From NCBI GenBank assembly GCA_007134675.1, contig SLKJ01000012.1:6513-70512 (forward strand): 64,000 nucleotides of DNA, in the 5' to 3' direction. Of the stretch, positions 16,485-26,400 are shown one piece after another. Position 1 is the first letter of the stretch, and every line of letters begins with the position of its first letter. The DNA is from Bacteroidales bacterium. Its GTDB lineage: Bacteria > Bacteroidota > Bacteroidia > Bacteroidales > PUMT01. A program made the position numbers and the translations under genes. Under the pieces are notes generated by a model. That model was not told the DNA's origin and made no database searches. It saw nothing but the letters and a program-made list of their open reading frames with translations.

Positions 16485-18008
16485 ATGGCGAAGTACGGGA
16501 CGAGATGTATTATCTACCTGATTGACCTGGTGATCCTGACAGGATCATTTCTGCTGGTTGCCCTCTATAAGCCGGCCACGGCCCGTTATCTCTCAGATGA
16601 ATACCTGGTAGCTTACGCTGCGCTTATGGTTGCATGGTCTGCATCCTCTTTTTACTTTAAAAAATACAGTTTTAAAAAGAATGGGTCGGTTGAAAAGCTG
16701 GTACGGTCGGTTATTGTCTCTAATTTTGTTTCCATGGGAGTTATTCTGGTGCTGATTGTGCTGTTCTGGGTGTCCGGTTATTCCCGTCTTATGCTTTTCG
16801 GTACGATCGGCCTTGCTACCCTTCTGGAGCTTTTTTTCGGCAATCTGTATTACTCGCTTATAAGAACTTCAACCATAACCCAGGATGTGGAAAATCCGCC
16901 GATCAGGTCATGGGAAATAAAAACTGCAAGAAAAGCCAGAGATTTTAAAAAGTCCACTCTTTCTTCAGATATGATTAAAATCGCTGTTGAAGAGGAATGC
17001 GGACCGGGTATTTATGCTTTCATGAAGAGACAGCTTGATGAAGACTGCACCAAAACCCTTTTCCTATCAACCGGATCAAGGTTCAATGTCGAAATGCAAC
17101 CTGATAATTATTACCGTGCAATTGTAAATATGAAGCGGGTGAATGATATCAGGTTTATCAATAAATTCTTCGAGTCGGTTAACCGAAAACTGCCGGAAGG
17201 AGGTTTGTTCATCGGATGCGCCGAAACCAAGGAGCTGAGAAAAAAGCGGATATTGAAAAAATATCCTCCTGTTCTGAACATGATTTATTATTTCTTTGAT
17301 TACCTGCTGAAAAGGGTATTTCCGAAATTTATCCTTACACGGAAGATATATTTTCTGGTTACAAGGGGCAACAACCGTGTGCTTTCCCGCGCCGAGCTGC
17401 TTGGGAGGCTGTATTCATGCGGATTTTCAGTCAGCGATGAAGAATTTGTAAACGGTTTGTATTGTTACTGCGTTAAGAAAAACGGGGTGCCTTCATATGA
17501 TCTTGACCCCACTTACGGGGTATTCGTCAAACTTCAGAGGGTGGGGAAAGAAGGAAACATGATCAGGGTTTATAAGCTGCGCACTATGCACCCCTATGCC
17601 GAATACCTGCAGAAATATATTTATGAAAACAATAATCTTGATAACGGAGGTAAATATAAAAATGATTTCAGGGTCACATCCATGGGTAAGTTGTTGCGCG
17701 CTTTGTGGATAGATGAGCTGCCGATGATCTTCAATCTTTTAAAGGGGGAGGTCAAACTGGTGGGGGTCAGGCCGCTCAGCATGCAGTATTTCAGGCTTTA
17801 CAATAAAGGACTGCAGGAAAGAAGGCTCAGGTATAAACCAGGCCTGATCCCGCCTTTCTATGCTGATATGCCTGATACAATAGAAGAGATACAGGATTCA
17901 GAAAAAAGGTATCTTGACGCCTATGATAAAAATCCGTGGCAGACTGATATAAGATATCTGGGCAGGGCTGCGTTTAACATAATATTTAATAAAGCCCGCA
18001 GCAGATAG
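16485..18008 (+). CDS. Sugar transferase (priming phosphoglycosyltransferase, Bac_transf)
   Basis: Four N-terminal TMs; RVGKEG, YKLRTM, DFRVT..GK..R..WIDELP, LVGVRP, KPGL. Confidence 0.9.
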   Translation: MAKYGTRCIIYLIDLVILTGSFLLVALYKPATARYLSDEYLVAYAALMVAWSASSFYFKKYSFKKNGSVEKLVRSVIVSNFVSMGVILVLIVLFWVSGYSRLMLFGTIGLATLLELFFGNLYYSLIRTSTITQDVENPPIRSWEIKTARKARDFKKSTLSSDMIKIAVEEECGPGIYAFMKRQLDEDCTKTLFLSTGSRFNVEMQPDNYYRAIVNMKRVNDIRFINKFFESVNRKLPEGGLFIGCAETKELRKKRILKKYPPVLNMIYYFFDYLLKRVFPKFILTRKIYFLVTRGNNRVLSRAELLGRLYSCGFSVSDEEFVNGLYCYCVKKNGVPSYDLDPTYGVFVKLQRVGKEGNMIRVYKLRTMHPYAEYLQKYIYENNNLDNGGKYKNDFRVTSMGKLLRALWIDELPMIFNLLKGEVKLVGVRPLSMQYFRLYNKGLQERRLRYKPGLIPPFYADMPDTIEEIQDSEKRYLDAYDKNPWQTDIRYLGRAAFNIIFNKARSR

Positions 18009-18057
18009 TTAACCGGGTTATTATTTACCTGATTTTGATAAACTGCGATTTTTGATT

Positions 18058-18969
18058 ATGGAAATTCCCCATATGTTTTCTCAGGAGGTGTTGATAGCTT
18101 TCGCGCTGACTCTTTTCGCGGGACTGGCGACGGGAATAGGCAGCGCCCTTGCTTTTTTTACCAGAACCACCAATACCAGATTCCTTGCAATAGCGCTGGG
18201 CTTCTCGGCAGGCGTTATGATATATGTGTCAATGGTGGAGATATTTTTCAAGGCCCGGGAATCTCTTGTTGCTGAGCTTGGAGCCGTTCAGGGCAACTGG
18301 ATCACCCTGCTCTCCTTTTTCGGTGGCATACTTGTTATAGGTGTAATAGACCGTTTGGTGCCCTCTGACGAAAACCCGCACGAGGTCCGAATGGTTGAAG
18401 ATGTCAGCGAAATTGATGAAGTAAAGAAATTGAGCAGGGAGAACAGTAAAAACGAAGAAGACAGGGTGGATGACCGAAGCCCGTCAGAGGAAGAAAAAAA
18501 GGATAGACGCAAGAAGAAAAAACTGATGCGGATGGGAGTTTTTTCTGCCTTAGCTATTACCATCCATAATTTTCCCGAGGGTCTGGCTACATTTATTGCT
18601 GCGCTGACAGACCTGTCCATTGGTATCCCGATAGCCGTGGCTATAGCGATTCATAATATTCCCGAGGGTATAGCCATTTCAGTGCCCATCTATTATGCCA
18701 CGGGAAGCCGCAGAAAGGCATTTAAATACTCGTTTCTGTCAGGTCTGGCCGAACCCGTGGGTGCAATAATCGGATGGCTGATCCTTATGCCCTACCTGAA
18801 TGAGTCAGTGTTCGGGATCATATTTGCCGCTGTGGCGGGAATCATGGTGTTCATCTCAATTGATGAACTGCTGCCGGCCGCCCGGGAATACGGTGAACAT
18901 CATCTCTCTGTCTACGGACTGATAGGGGGTATGGCGGTGATGGGAATTTCCCTGGTGCTGCTGATGTAA
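18058..18969 (+). CDS. zupT: ZIP family zinc transporter ZupT
   Basis: GFSAGVMIYVS, HNFPEGLA, HNIPEGIA, GLAEPVGA, DELLPAA. Confidence 0.94.
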   Translation: MEIPHMFSQEVLIAFALTLFAGLATGIGSALAFFTRTTNTRFLAIALGFSAGVMIYVSMVEIFFKARESLVAELGAVQGNWITLLSFFGGILVIGVIDRLVPSDENPHEVRMVEDVSEIDEVKKLSRENSKNEEDRVDDRSPSEEEKKDRRKKKKLMRMGVFSALAITIHNFPEGLATFIAALTDLSIGIPIAVAIAIHNIPEGIAISVPIYYATGSRRKAFKYSFLSGLAEPVGAIIGWLILMPYLNESVFGIIFAAVAGIMVFISIDELLPAAREYGEHHLSVYGLIGGMAVMGISLVLLM

Positions 18970-19100
18970 TTCCTGTCGGAAAGTAGGCATGGACACTGTT
19001 CTCTGATTAATTCTGACAATGAGAACAGGATGATCAATTTTCAGGTCAACTTTAAAAAATCATTGGGGGACTGATGGTTGTTAAATTCAGTATGCCGGTG

Positions 19101-20090
19101 TCAGAACGGCTTGAAGCCGATTATCCTGCGAACATCACTGATAGTTTTCGAAGCGCTTTCCCGGGCTTTCTCCTCTCCCCTCCTTACCACCTTGCGAAGA
19201 TAATCGCGATCGGCCGATATCCCGGCAATACTTTCCCTGATGGGGGCAACAAACGATACCAGATCTTCGGCAAGCTGCTTCTTCAGGTCGCCATATCTTA
19301 TGGTGCACGCGGCATATTGTTCTTTGAAGTGCTTCACTGTGGCGGGATCTGACACAAACTGCATTATGGTGAAGAGGTTTTTTATCGGTTCTGCAACCTT
19401 CTGGTCGGGCTCGGTGGGACCGCTGTCGGTTACAGCCCTCATGACCTTTTTTCGTATTGTCTTATCGTCATCTGAAAGAAAAATGCCGTTGCCCTCAGAC
19501 TTGCCCATCTTTCCTGTACCATCAAGTCCGGGAATCTTGACCAGCTTCTCGCCGAAATTGTATGCTTCTGGCTCGGGAAAAAATCCGGTTCCGTACATGT
19601 TGTTGAACCGGCGTGCAAACTTTCGGGTTATTTCAAGATGCGGCTCCTGGTCCTTGCCCACCGGAACCCTGTTGGCCTTGTGTATGATAATGTCAGCTGC
19701 CATCAGGACCGGGTAGGTAAGTAATCCTGCGTTAACATTATCGGGCTGGTTCCTCACCTTTTCCTTGAAGGTGGTGGTTCGCTCAAGCTCCCCCTTGTAG
19801 GCTATCATGTTGAGCAGCAGATATAACTCGGTAACTTCCGGCACATCACTCTGCAGGTAAATAGTGGCCACATCGGGGTCAATGCCGCATGCCAGATACT
19901 CGGCAAGCACCTGCCGGACATTTTCATGCAGGTTGGACGGCGTAGGATGGGTGGTGAGGGAATGATAATCGGCTATAAAGAAGAAACACTTATTCTCGTG
20001 CTGCATCCGGGTAAAATTTCTCAGTGCACCAAAATAATTTCCCAGGTGCAGGTTGCCGGTTGAACGTATTCCGCTAACGACAATTTCCAT
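19101..20090 (-). CDS. trpS: Tryptophan--tRNA ligase
   Basis: HLGNY (HIGH-like), YPVLMAADI, VPVGKDQ, KMGKS. Confidence 0.97.
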   Translation of the reverse strand: MEIVVSGIRSTGNLHLGNYFGALRNFTRMQHENKCFFFIADYHSLTTHPTPSNLHENVRQVLAEYLACGIDPDVATIYLQSDVPEVTELYLLLNMIAYKGELERTTTFKEKVRNQPDNVNAGLLTYPVLMAADIIIHKANRVPVGKDQEPHLEITRKFARRFNNMYGTGFFPEPEAYNFGEKLVKIPGLDGTGKMGKSEGNGIFLSDDDKTIRKKVMRAVTDSGPTEPDQKVAEPIKNLFTIMQFVSDPATVKHFKEQYAACTIRYGDLKKQLAEDLVSFVAPIRESIAGISADRDYLRKVVRRGEEKARESASKTISDVRRIIGFKPF

Positions 20091-20193
20091 TTTCTGTTTC
20101 AGGTTTTTGTGGTTACTGATTTTTCTCTTATCTCTCTCGCCCCCAAATACCAGCCTTTATATTTACTCATATTACCTTTCGGGGAAGCCAGGG

Positions 20194-20201
20194 CAAAATT
20201 A
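20194..20201 (-). promoter_or_regulatory. -7 promoter element for trpS
   Basis: TAATTTTG on the minus strand about 100 nt upstream of trpS. Confidence 0.45.
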
Positions 20202-20267
20202 ACTAAAAGTTCGTTATTGATTGATAATACTGAATTAGTTTATCATCCGGAATTCAATTTATCATCC

Positions 20268-20312
20268 GCAGGTTTATTTGTCATATGCAGGTTTATTTGT
20301 CATATGCAGGTT
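20268..20312. repeat. Intergenic 19-bp tandem repeat
   Basis: GCAGGTTTATTTGTCATAT x2 plus a partial third copy. Confidence 0.85.
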
Positions 20313-20434
20313 AAGTTTTCATCCGGAGGTTGGATTAAATGGCGGAATTCGGGTTGCAGCATGGAAATTTTTTTTACTGAATTGAACCGGGCTGTCTGGA
20401 ATATTGAATATCTGGTATTTTTAATTTATAGGTT

Positions 20435-20442
20435 TATCTTTG
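20435..20442 (+). promoter_or_regulatory. -7 promoter element for the rbfA operon
   Basis: TATCTTTG matches TAnnTTTG. Confidence 0.5.
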
Positions 20443-20552
20443 CCGGGGGATCTGTTCCGAAGGTTCACCTGGTTATGGAAAATTATCCTGTCGGGACAGT
20501 TACCCGGTCCGGTCGGACTACAGATATCCAACGAAAAAAAAACATTGGCGAA

Positions 20553-20891
20553 ATGGAATCACAAAGACAGAGCAAGGTGTCAAGGCTGATACAAAAAGAA
20601 CTGGCAGATATTTTTCAGAAACAGGGTAACAGCCTCTTCGGAGGTGGGATGATATCGGTTACCGTTGTGAGGGTGACACCCGACCTGGGCCTTGCCAGGG
20701 TATACGTCAGCCTGTTCCCGCCCGAAAGGAAACAGGAGCTTTTTGATTCTGTCAATGCACAGGTGAAGACCATAAGGCACGAACTGGGTCGAAGGGTGAA
20801 AAATCAGCTGAGACTGGTGCCGGAACTGCAGTTCTTTGTTGATGACAGCATCGACTACGCCAGGAGGATTGATGATCTGCTCAATTCCTGA
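20553..20891 (+). CDS. rbfA: Ribosome-binding factor A
   Basis: MESQRQSKVSRLIQKEL..VTPDLGLARVYVS..LRLVPELQFFVDDS; true start inside the longer 20109 ORF. Confidence 0.96.
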   Translation: MESQRQSKVSRLIQKELADIFQKQGNSLFGGGMISVTVVRVTPDLGLARVYVSLFPPERKQELFDSVNAQVKTIRHELGRRVKNQLRLVPELQFFVDDSIDYARRIDDLLNS

Positions 20892-20952
20892 TCTGTGCAG
20901 ATAATCCCCGACATACCTGAGGACGTGCCGGTCGCAAATCAAAACCACCGCT

Positions 20953-21762
20953 ATGCAATATGACCCGATAAAAAAGGATGCAGGCAGGATCTTTAATTGC
21001 TGCAGGTGGGCCAGAGTATTTTTCTACCGGCTTCTTAACCTGCTTCTTCTCAGGTCATGGTACGTCAGAAGCGAGATAAAACTATGGGCCGGTTCAGCCC
21101 CGCCAGATGCGGCAATACTCGATGCCGGTTCGGGATTCGGTCAGTATGTCTGGTTTGTCTCACGCCTTGGTGGCAATTACCGTGTTAAAGGGATAGATAT
21201 TAAGGTTGATGAGCTGGCCATCTGCAATAAATTTTTTGGCGGTGAGCGCTCCGGCGGGACTGTGAGTTTTGAAAAGGCGGACCTGACAACTTTCGTCGAA
21301 CCCGAAAGCTATGACCTGGCACTTTGCATTGATGTGCTTGAACATATTGAAGACGATGTGACAGTGATGGAAAACCTGTGCCGGTCGCTGAAGCCGGGAG
21401 GGATGCTGATAATATCAACTCCTTCCGATCAGGGCGGGTCAGACGTGCATCATGATGGTGACAGCTCTTTCATTGGCGAGCATGTGCGTGATGGTTACCC
21501 GGTTCAGGAAATAAGCAGCAAACTCCGGAAGGCAGGCTTCAACAGGGTGAAAACCCGCTACTCCTACAGGCGGTGGGGAAGGCTGTCGTGGATAATATCG
21601 ATGAAATACCCGATAAAAATGCTTAACCTTGGAAATATTTTTTTTGTGGTTCTTCCCGTTTACTACCTGATAACCCTCCCTTTTGCCATGTTGTTTAATA
21701 TTTTTGATCTTTACGGCAGGCGTGGCACGGGTACGGGATTGATAGTCAAAGCATGGAAATAA
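20953..21762 (+). CDS. Class I SAM-dependent methyltransferase
   Basis: ILDAGSGFG, DVLEHIEDD, LKPGGMLIISTP. Confidence 0.9.
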   Translation: MQYDPIKKDAGRIFNCCRWARVFFYRLLNLLLLRSWYVRSEIKLWAGSAPPDAAILDAGSGFGQYVWFVSRLGGNYRVKGIDIKVDELAICNKFFGGERSGGTVSFEKADLTTFVEPESYDLALCIDVLEHIEDDVTVMENLCRSLKPGGMLIISTPSDQGGSDVHHDGDSSFIGEHVRDGYPVQEISSKLRKAGFNRVKTRYSYRRWGRLSWIISMKYPIKMLNLGNIFFVVLPVYYLITLPFAMLFNIFDLYGRRGTGTGLIVKAWK

Positions 21763-21840
21763 GGTACTTTGCAGGACGGCCAGGTTGGCAAAAAAAAATA
21801 ATTTTATAGTGAACATTTTTTCTTATAATTAAATTCTGTA

Positions 21841-21880
21841 ACGTATACTGAAATTATGTGACGTATACTGAAATTATGTA
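21841..21880. repeat. 20-bp tandem duplication immediately upstream of the lolE-like start
   Basis: ACGTATACTGAAATTATGT(G/A) x2. Confidence 0.85.
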
Positions 21881-21887
21881 ACTGACA

Positions 21888-23123
21888 GTGAATTTTTCCT
21901 TTTATATAGCAAAACGTTACCTGGTTGCCAAGAAATCGCAGAATGTAATAAATATCATTTCTGCTATCTCTGTTGTGGGCGTTGCCACCGGAACCATGGC
22001 GCTTATCGTGATCCTGTCGGTTTTTAACGGTTTCGACTCACTTATCAAGTCACTCTTTTCCATATTTGATCCGGAACTGGAGATCAGCCTGGTTGAAGGA
22101 AAGACCTTTACGGCAGCAGGCGACGAACGTTTTGAAGAGGTCAGGAACCATCCGGGCATACTGCACTTTACCGAAGTGCTTGAGGAGAATGCCCTTTTGA
22201 TGTACGACGACCGGCAACATATTGCCACTCTTAAAGGGGTGGGTGAAAATTATGCGGTCTATAGCGGACTGGACAGGATGCTGATTGAGGGTGATCTGAA
22301 ACTTCAGGATGAGTACGGAAATAATTTTGCGGTTTTGGGACGGGGCGTGGCAAATACCCTGGCCGTGGGCCTCAATTTTGTCACTCCGCTGGAGATCTAC
22401 ATTCCCCGCCGCACTGCACGGATTACAATGGATCCGCGGCAGGCTTTCAACAGGAGGCTCCTGTTTCCCTCAGGGATCTTTTCAGTCGAACAGGAAATCG
22501 ATCACAGCTATGTGCTGGTGCCGCTGGATTTTGCACGTGAACTGCTGGAGTACACTGATGAGGTTACCTCTGTTGAACTGGGCATACGGGAAGGTTTCCG
22601 CGAAAGCGCGGTACAGGAAGAGATAAGCGAAATTCTTGGTGAGGAGTTCAGGGTGCTTAACCGGTATCAGCAGAAAGAGTGGCTTTATAAGGTGATGCGG
22701 ACTGAAAAGTGGGCGATCTTCCTGATACTCGGTTTTATCCTGATGGTCGCTTCATTTAATATTATAGGTTCGCTTACAATGCTGATCATCGAAAAGAAAA
22801 AGGATATAGCTGTTCTGAAAAGCCTTGGTGCAGGGGAGAAACTGATCAGGAGAATTTTCCTGTTTGAGGGGTGGATGATTTCGGTTGTTGGGGCGGTTGC
22901 CGGATTGCTGCTGGGATTGGCTATCTGTCTTGTTCAGATGGAATTCGGTATTGTAAAGCTCTATGGCAGTGGCGCCTTTATAATTGATGCCTACCCTGTG
23001 GAACTGCAGCTACCCGATTTTATATATGTTTTTTTTACCGTCCTGCTTATTGGCCTTTTTGCCGCTCTGGTTCCCGTTCGCTACATTACCCGCCGCTATT
23101 TTACAGATTCCGAACAGCTTTAG
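21888..23123 (+). CDS. LolC/E (FtsX-like) ABC transporter permease
   Basis: YIAKRYL, LSVFNGF, NIIGSLTMLIIEKKKDIAVLKSLGA, AYPV; GTG start. Confidence 0.9.
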   Translation: MNFSFYIAKRYLVAKKSQNVINIISAISVVGVATGTMALIVILSVFNGFDSLIKSLFSIFDPELEISLVEGKTFTAAGDERFEEVRNHPGILHFTEVLEENALLMYDDRQHIATLKGVGENYAVYSGLDRMLIEGDLKLQDEYGNNFAVLGRGVANTLAVGLNFVTPLEIYIPRRTARITMDPRQAFNRRLLFPSGIFSVEQEIDHSYVLVPLDFARELLEYTDEVTSVELGIREGFRESAVQEEISEILGEEFRVLNRYQQKEWLYKVMRTEKWAIFLILGFILMVASFNIIGSLTMLIIEKKKDIAVLKSLGAGEKLIRRIFLFEGWMISVVGAVAGLLLGLAICLVQMEFGIVKLYGSGAFIIDAYPVELQLPDFIYVFFTVLLIGLFAALVPVRYITRRYFTDSEQL

Positions 23124-23177
23124 TTTAATTCAAAAACCCACATTCTCAGTTAAAGCCACCAGGGCTGCGCAATGTCC

Positions 23178-23240
23178 CTGATTGCTGCAATGGGAAACTC
23201 TGATTGTTGCAATGTGAAACTCTGATTGCTGCAATGGGAA
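23178..23240. repeat. Intergenic 22-bp tandem repeat (3 copies)
   Basis: CTGATTG(C/T)TGCAATG(G/T)GAAACT at 23178, 23200, 23222. Confidence 0.88.
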
Positions 23241-23407
23241 GCACCCAAAATTTTGGCCGGGGTTATCTGATGATTGACTAATAGCTGTATTTTGTAGATT
23301 AATAGCGGTTTAAGTGTAACCTTAATTTAAGGTGATCCGTAGAAACAGTAAAAAATCAGACGGGTAATTATGACCGGCTTTAAATTATTACAATTTATAC
23401 ATTGATA

Positions 23408-26400
23408 ATGAGGAAATTATACTCTTTGTTGATTCTGTTAATCCCGCTTGCCATCCTTTCAGGAAATGCTCATGCGCAGGATTTTCAGATTGTCTCGGTA
23501 ACTTCTGAACCTACCACATGTTACGATAATGACGAAGGAAGCATTTCAATAGAGGTTTCAGGCGGATCGCCTGATTACTCCTACATGTGGGTCAAAATAT
23601 CAGCCCCTTTTGGCTCCGGTATGGTCGATTCTCCCCTTACTGAACACACCTTCACCAACCTTCCCCGGGGAAGCTACATTATTTATGTAAATTACGCCGG
23701 CTCAGAGGAGGATGCACTGGAGAGAGTTGTTTCTGTTGGAAGCCCTCCTCAGCTTTTTGCCGGTATAACTCCCGATCCCGCGGAGACCTGCGTACTGACC
23801 GGAATTTCACTTAACGGTAACCCTTCCGGGGGAACAGGTTCCTATATTCATGAATGGTCGGGCGGTGGTGCAATGTATCTCTCTTCAGACGCAACTGGTA
23901 ACCCGGTATTTGAATCCCCTGTTCAGGGAGTATTCCCTCTTACCTATACAGTAAAAGATGATAACGGCTGTGAAGCCACTGACATGATTGACGTGGTTGT
24001 ATATCCCGAATTGTCGGCTTCGGCCGCTGTAACTGCAGATGTTAAATGTTACGGCGGGAACGACGGTGAGATAACCATATCCTCACCAATGGGCGGAACT
24101 GGTAATTTCGAGTATCGCATCAGCGGATCAGTATGGCAGACGGGTACTGTCTTTCAGGGACTGCCGGCCGGATTATATGACGTCTATATGAGAGATGCCT
24201 CAGTTGATCTATGCGTAAAGACAATCGGGTTCGGGCTTGAAGTAACCCAGCCTTCTAAGGCTCTTGAAGGAGCCGTTACAGATATTGAAAATGTTTCCTG
24301 TTATATGGGTGATGACGGTTCGGTTACCGTTGAGGGCAGTGGCGGCACAGCTCCTTACAGCTACAGCCTGGATGGTGGCCCTGCTACGGGCTCAGGTGTT
24401 TTCGGGGGTCTTGCAGCGGGTGATTATGTGGTGAGGGTTATTGACGATAACGACTGCACCTTTGATGTGCCGGTTACCATTTCCCAGCCATCTGAAGCTC
24501 TTGCCGGAGCTGTTACAGATATTGAAAATGTTTCCTGTTATATGGGTGATGACGGGTCGGTTACCGTTGAGGGCAGTGGCGGCACTGCTCCCTACAGCTA
24601 CAGCCTGGATGGTGGCCCTGCTACGGGGTCAGGTGTTTTCGGGGGCCTTGCAGCGGGTGATTATGTGGTGCGGATTATTGATGATAACGACTGCACCTTT
24701 GATGTGCCGGTTACAGTTTCCCAGCCTTCTGAGGCCCTTGGGGGAGCTGTTACAGATATTGAAAATGTTTCCTGTTATATGGGTGATGACGGGTCGGTTA
24801 CCGTTGAGGGCAGTGGCGGCACTGCTCCCTACAGCTACTGCCTGGATGGTGGCCCTGCTTCGGGGTCAGGTGTTTTCGGGGGCCTTGCAGCAGGTGATTA
24901 CCTGGTTACCGTTATAGATAATAACGACTGCACCTTTGATGTTCCGGTTACGGTTTCCCAGCCCGGTGAATTTACTATAACGGCTGAGTGGACAGGTATA
25001 ACGTGTTATAATGCTGCTGACGGGGAGATTGTGGTTTCTGCGGCCGGTGGCACTGCTCCCTGGGAATATTCGGTATTCATTGACGAAGAGCCTGTATATC
25101 AGGATTCACCGGTTTTCTCCGGCCTTGACCAGGAATTATACACTGTGGTGGCCCGCGATGCAAATATGTGCCTGAGCAACCAGCTGGTAATCGAGATTAC
25201 TGAACCGGACCAGGTGTTCGTCGGGTTCAATGCCCCTGCAATAGAGACTTGCTTCGGCGATCCGGGTACAATAACGCTGACCGCCTCGGGCGGAACCGGC
25301 AATTTTGAGTATTCAATATCCACAACCCAATATGTGCCCGCTGATTTCCAGTCCCTCAACATATTCGACAACCTTTCGGGAGATGTGGCCTACTATGCCT
25401 TTGTGCGTGATACTGAGACCAACTGCACTGTGAATGTAAATGCCGGAAACAGCATAACTATAGACCAGCCTTCTGAGATAGTGTATTCAGTGACAGAAGT
25501 TCTCGATGTCACGGACTGCAGCTTCAGCACAAACGGGAGGATCAGGATAAGTATGCCTGCCGGCGGATCATCCCCCTACAGGTATCTGATCGACGGAGTG
25601 AATAACGGCTCCCGCACATTCAGCGACCTGGGGGTTGGTGAATATCTGATAGAGGTAGAGGATAACAAGGGGTGCAGGAAGCCGGAAATTGTAACATTGA
25701 GCGGGCCTGACCCGGTAGTGATTGATAATTACATGCTTACCAATGTAACCGGCTGCTTCGGCAACACTAACGGAGAAATCAGCGTCCAGGCATCTGGTGG
25801 TGCAGGCGATCTTGAGTATTCCATAAACGGGATGGATTTCTTTGCCTCTGGTGATTTTGACAACCTTACAGCCGGCGAACACATAGTTACAGTGCGCGAT
25901 GCCAACAGCTGTGAATTCAACTTTCCCTTTACGCTTGAAGGTCCCGAAGAGCTGCTTTTTGCTTTTGTTGACATTAATAATATAGTAATAGGTTCGGGAG
26001 AAGAATCTGGCAGTGTGCTTATCGGGATGAGTGGCGGAACAGAGCCCTACACCTACAGCATTGACGATGGCAGCACCTGGCAGGATGAGGCCTTTTTCGA
26101 AGAGCTGGCATTGGGTGATTATGTTATCCTGGTGTCGGATGCAAATGACTGCATTGCCGATACCTCCGTTACCATAACCGAGGTGCTGGGTATTGATGCC
26201 TCAGCCGAGGTTCAGCCTCCCTCATGCTATGGTTATGAGGACGGTACAATTGTCATAACGGCGGAAATGGGTAATGAGCCTTTTGAATATTCAATTGATG
26301 ATGGACAGCAGTTCCACTCCAGTGGAACTTTTACCGGCCTGCCTGCGGATACCTACAGGCTGCAGGTGCGCGATGCCATGAATTATATCTGGGAAGGGAC

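Noticed and set aside
20109..20552. 148-aa N-terminal extension of RbfA in the ORF track
   Set aside because: It spans promoter elements and tandem repeats; RbfA homology starts at ATG 20553
23178..23240. Possible CRISPR array
   Set aside because: Units are contiguous with no unique spacers, and no cas genes are present
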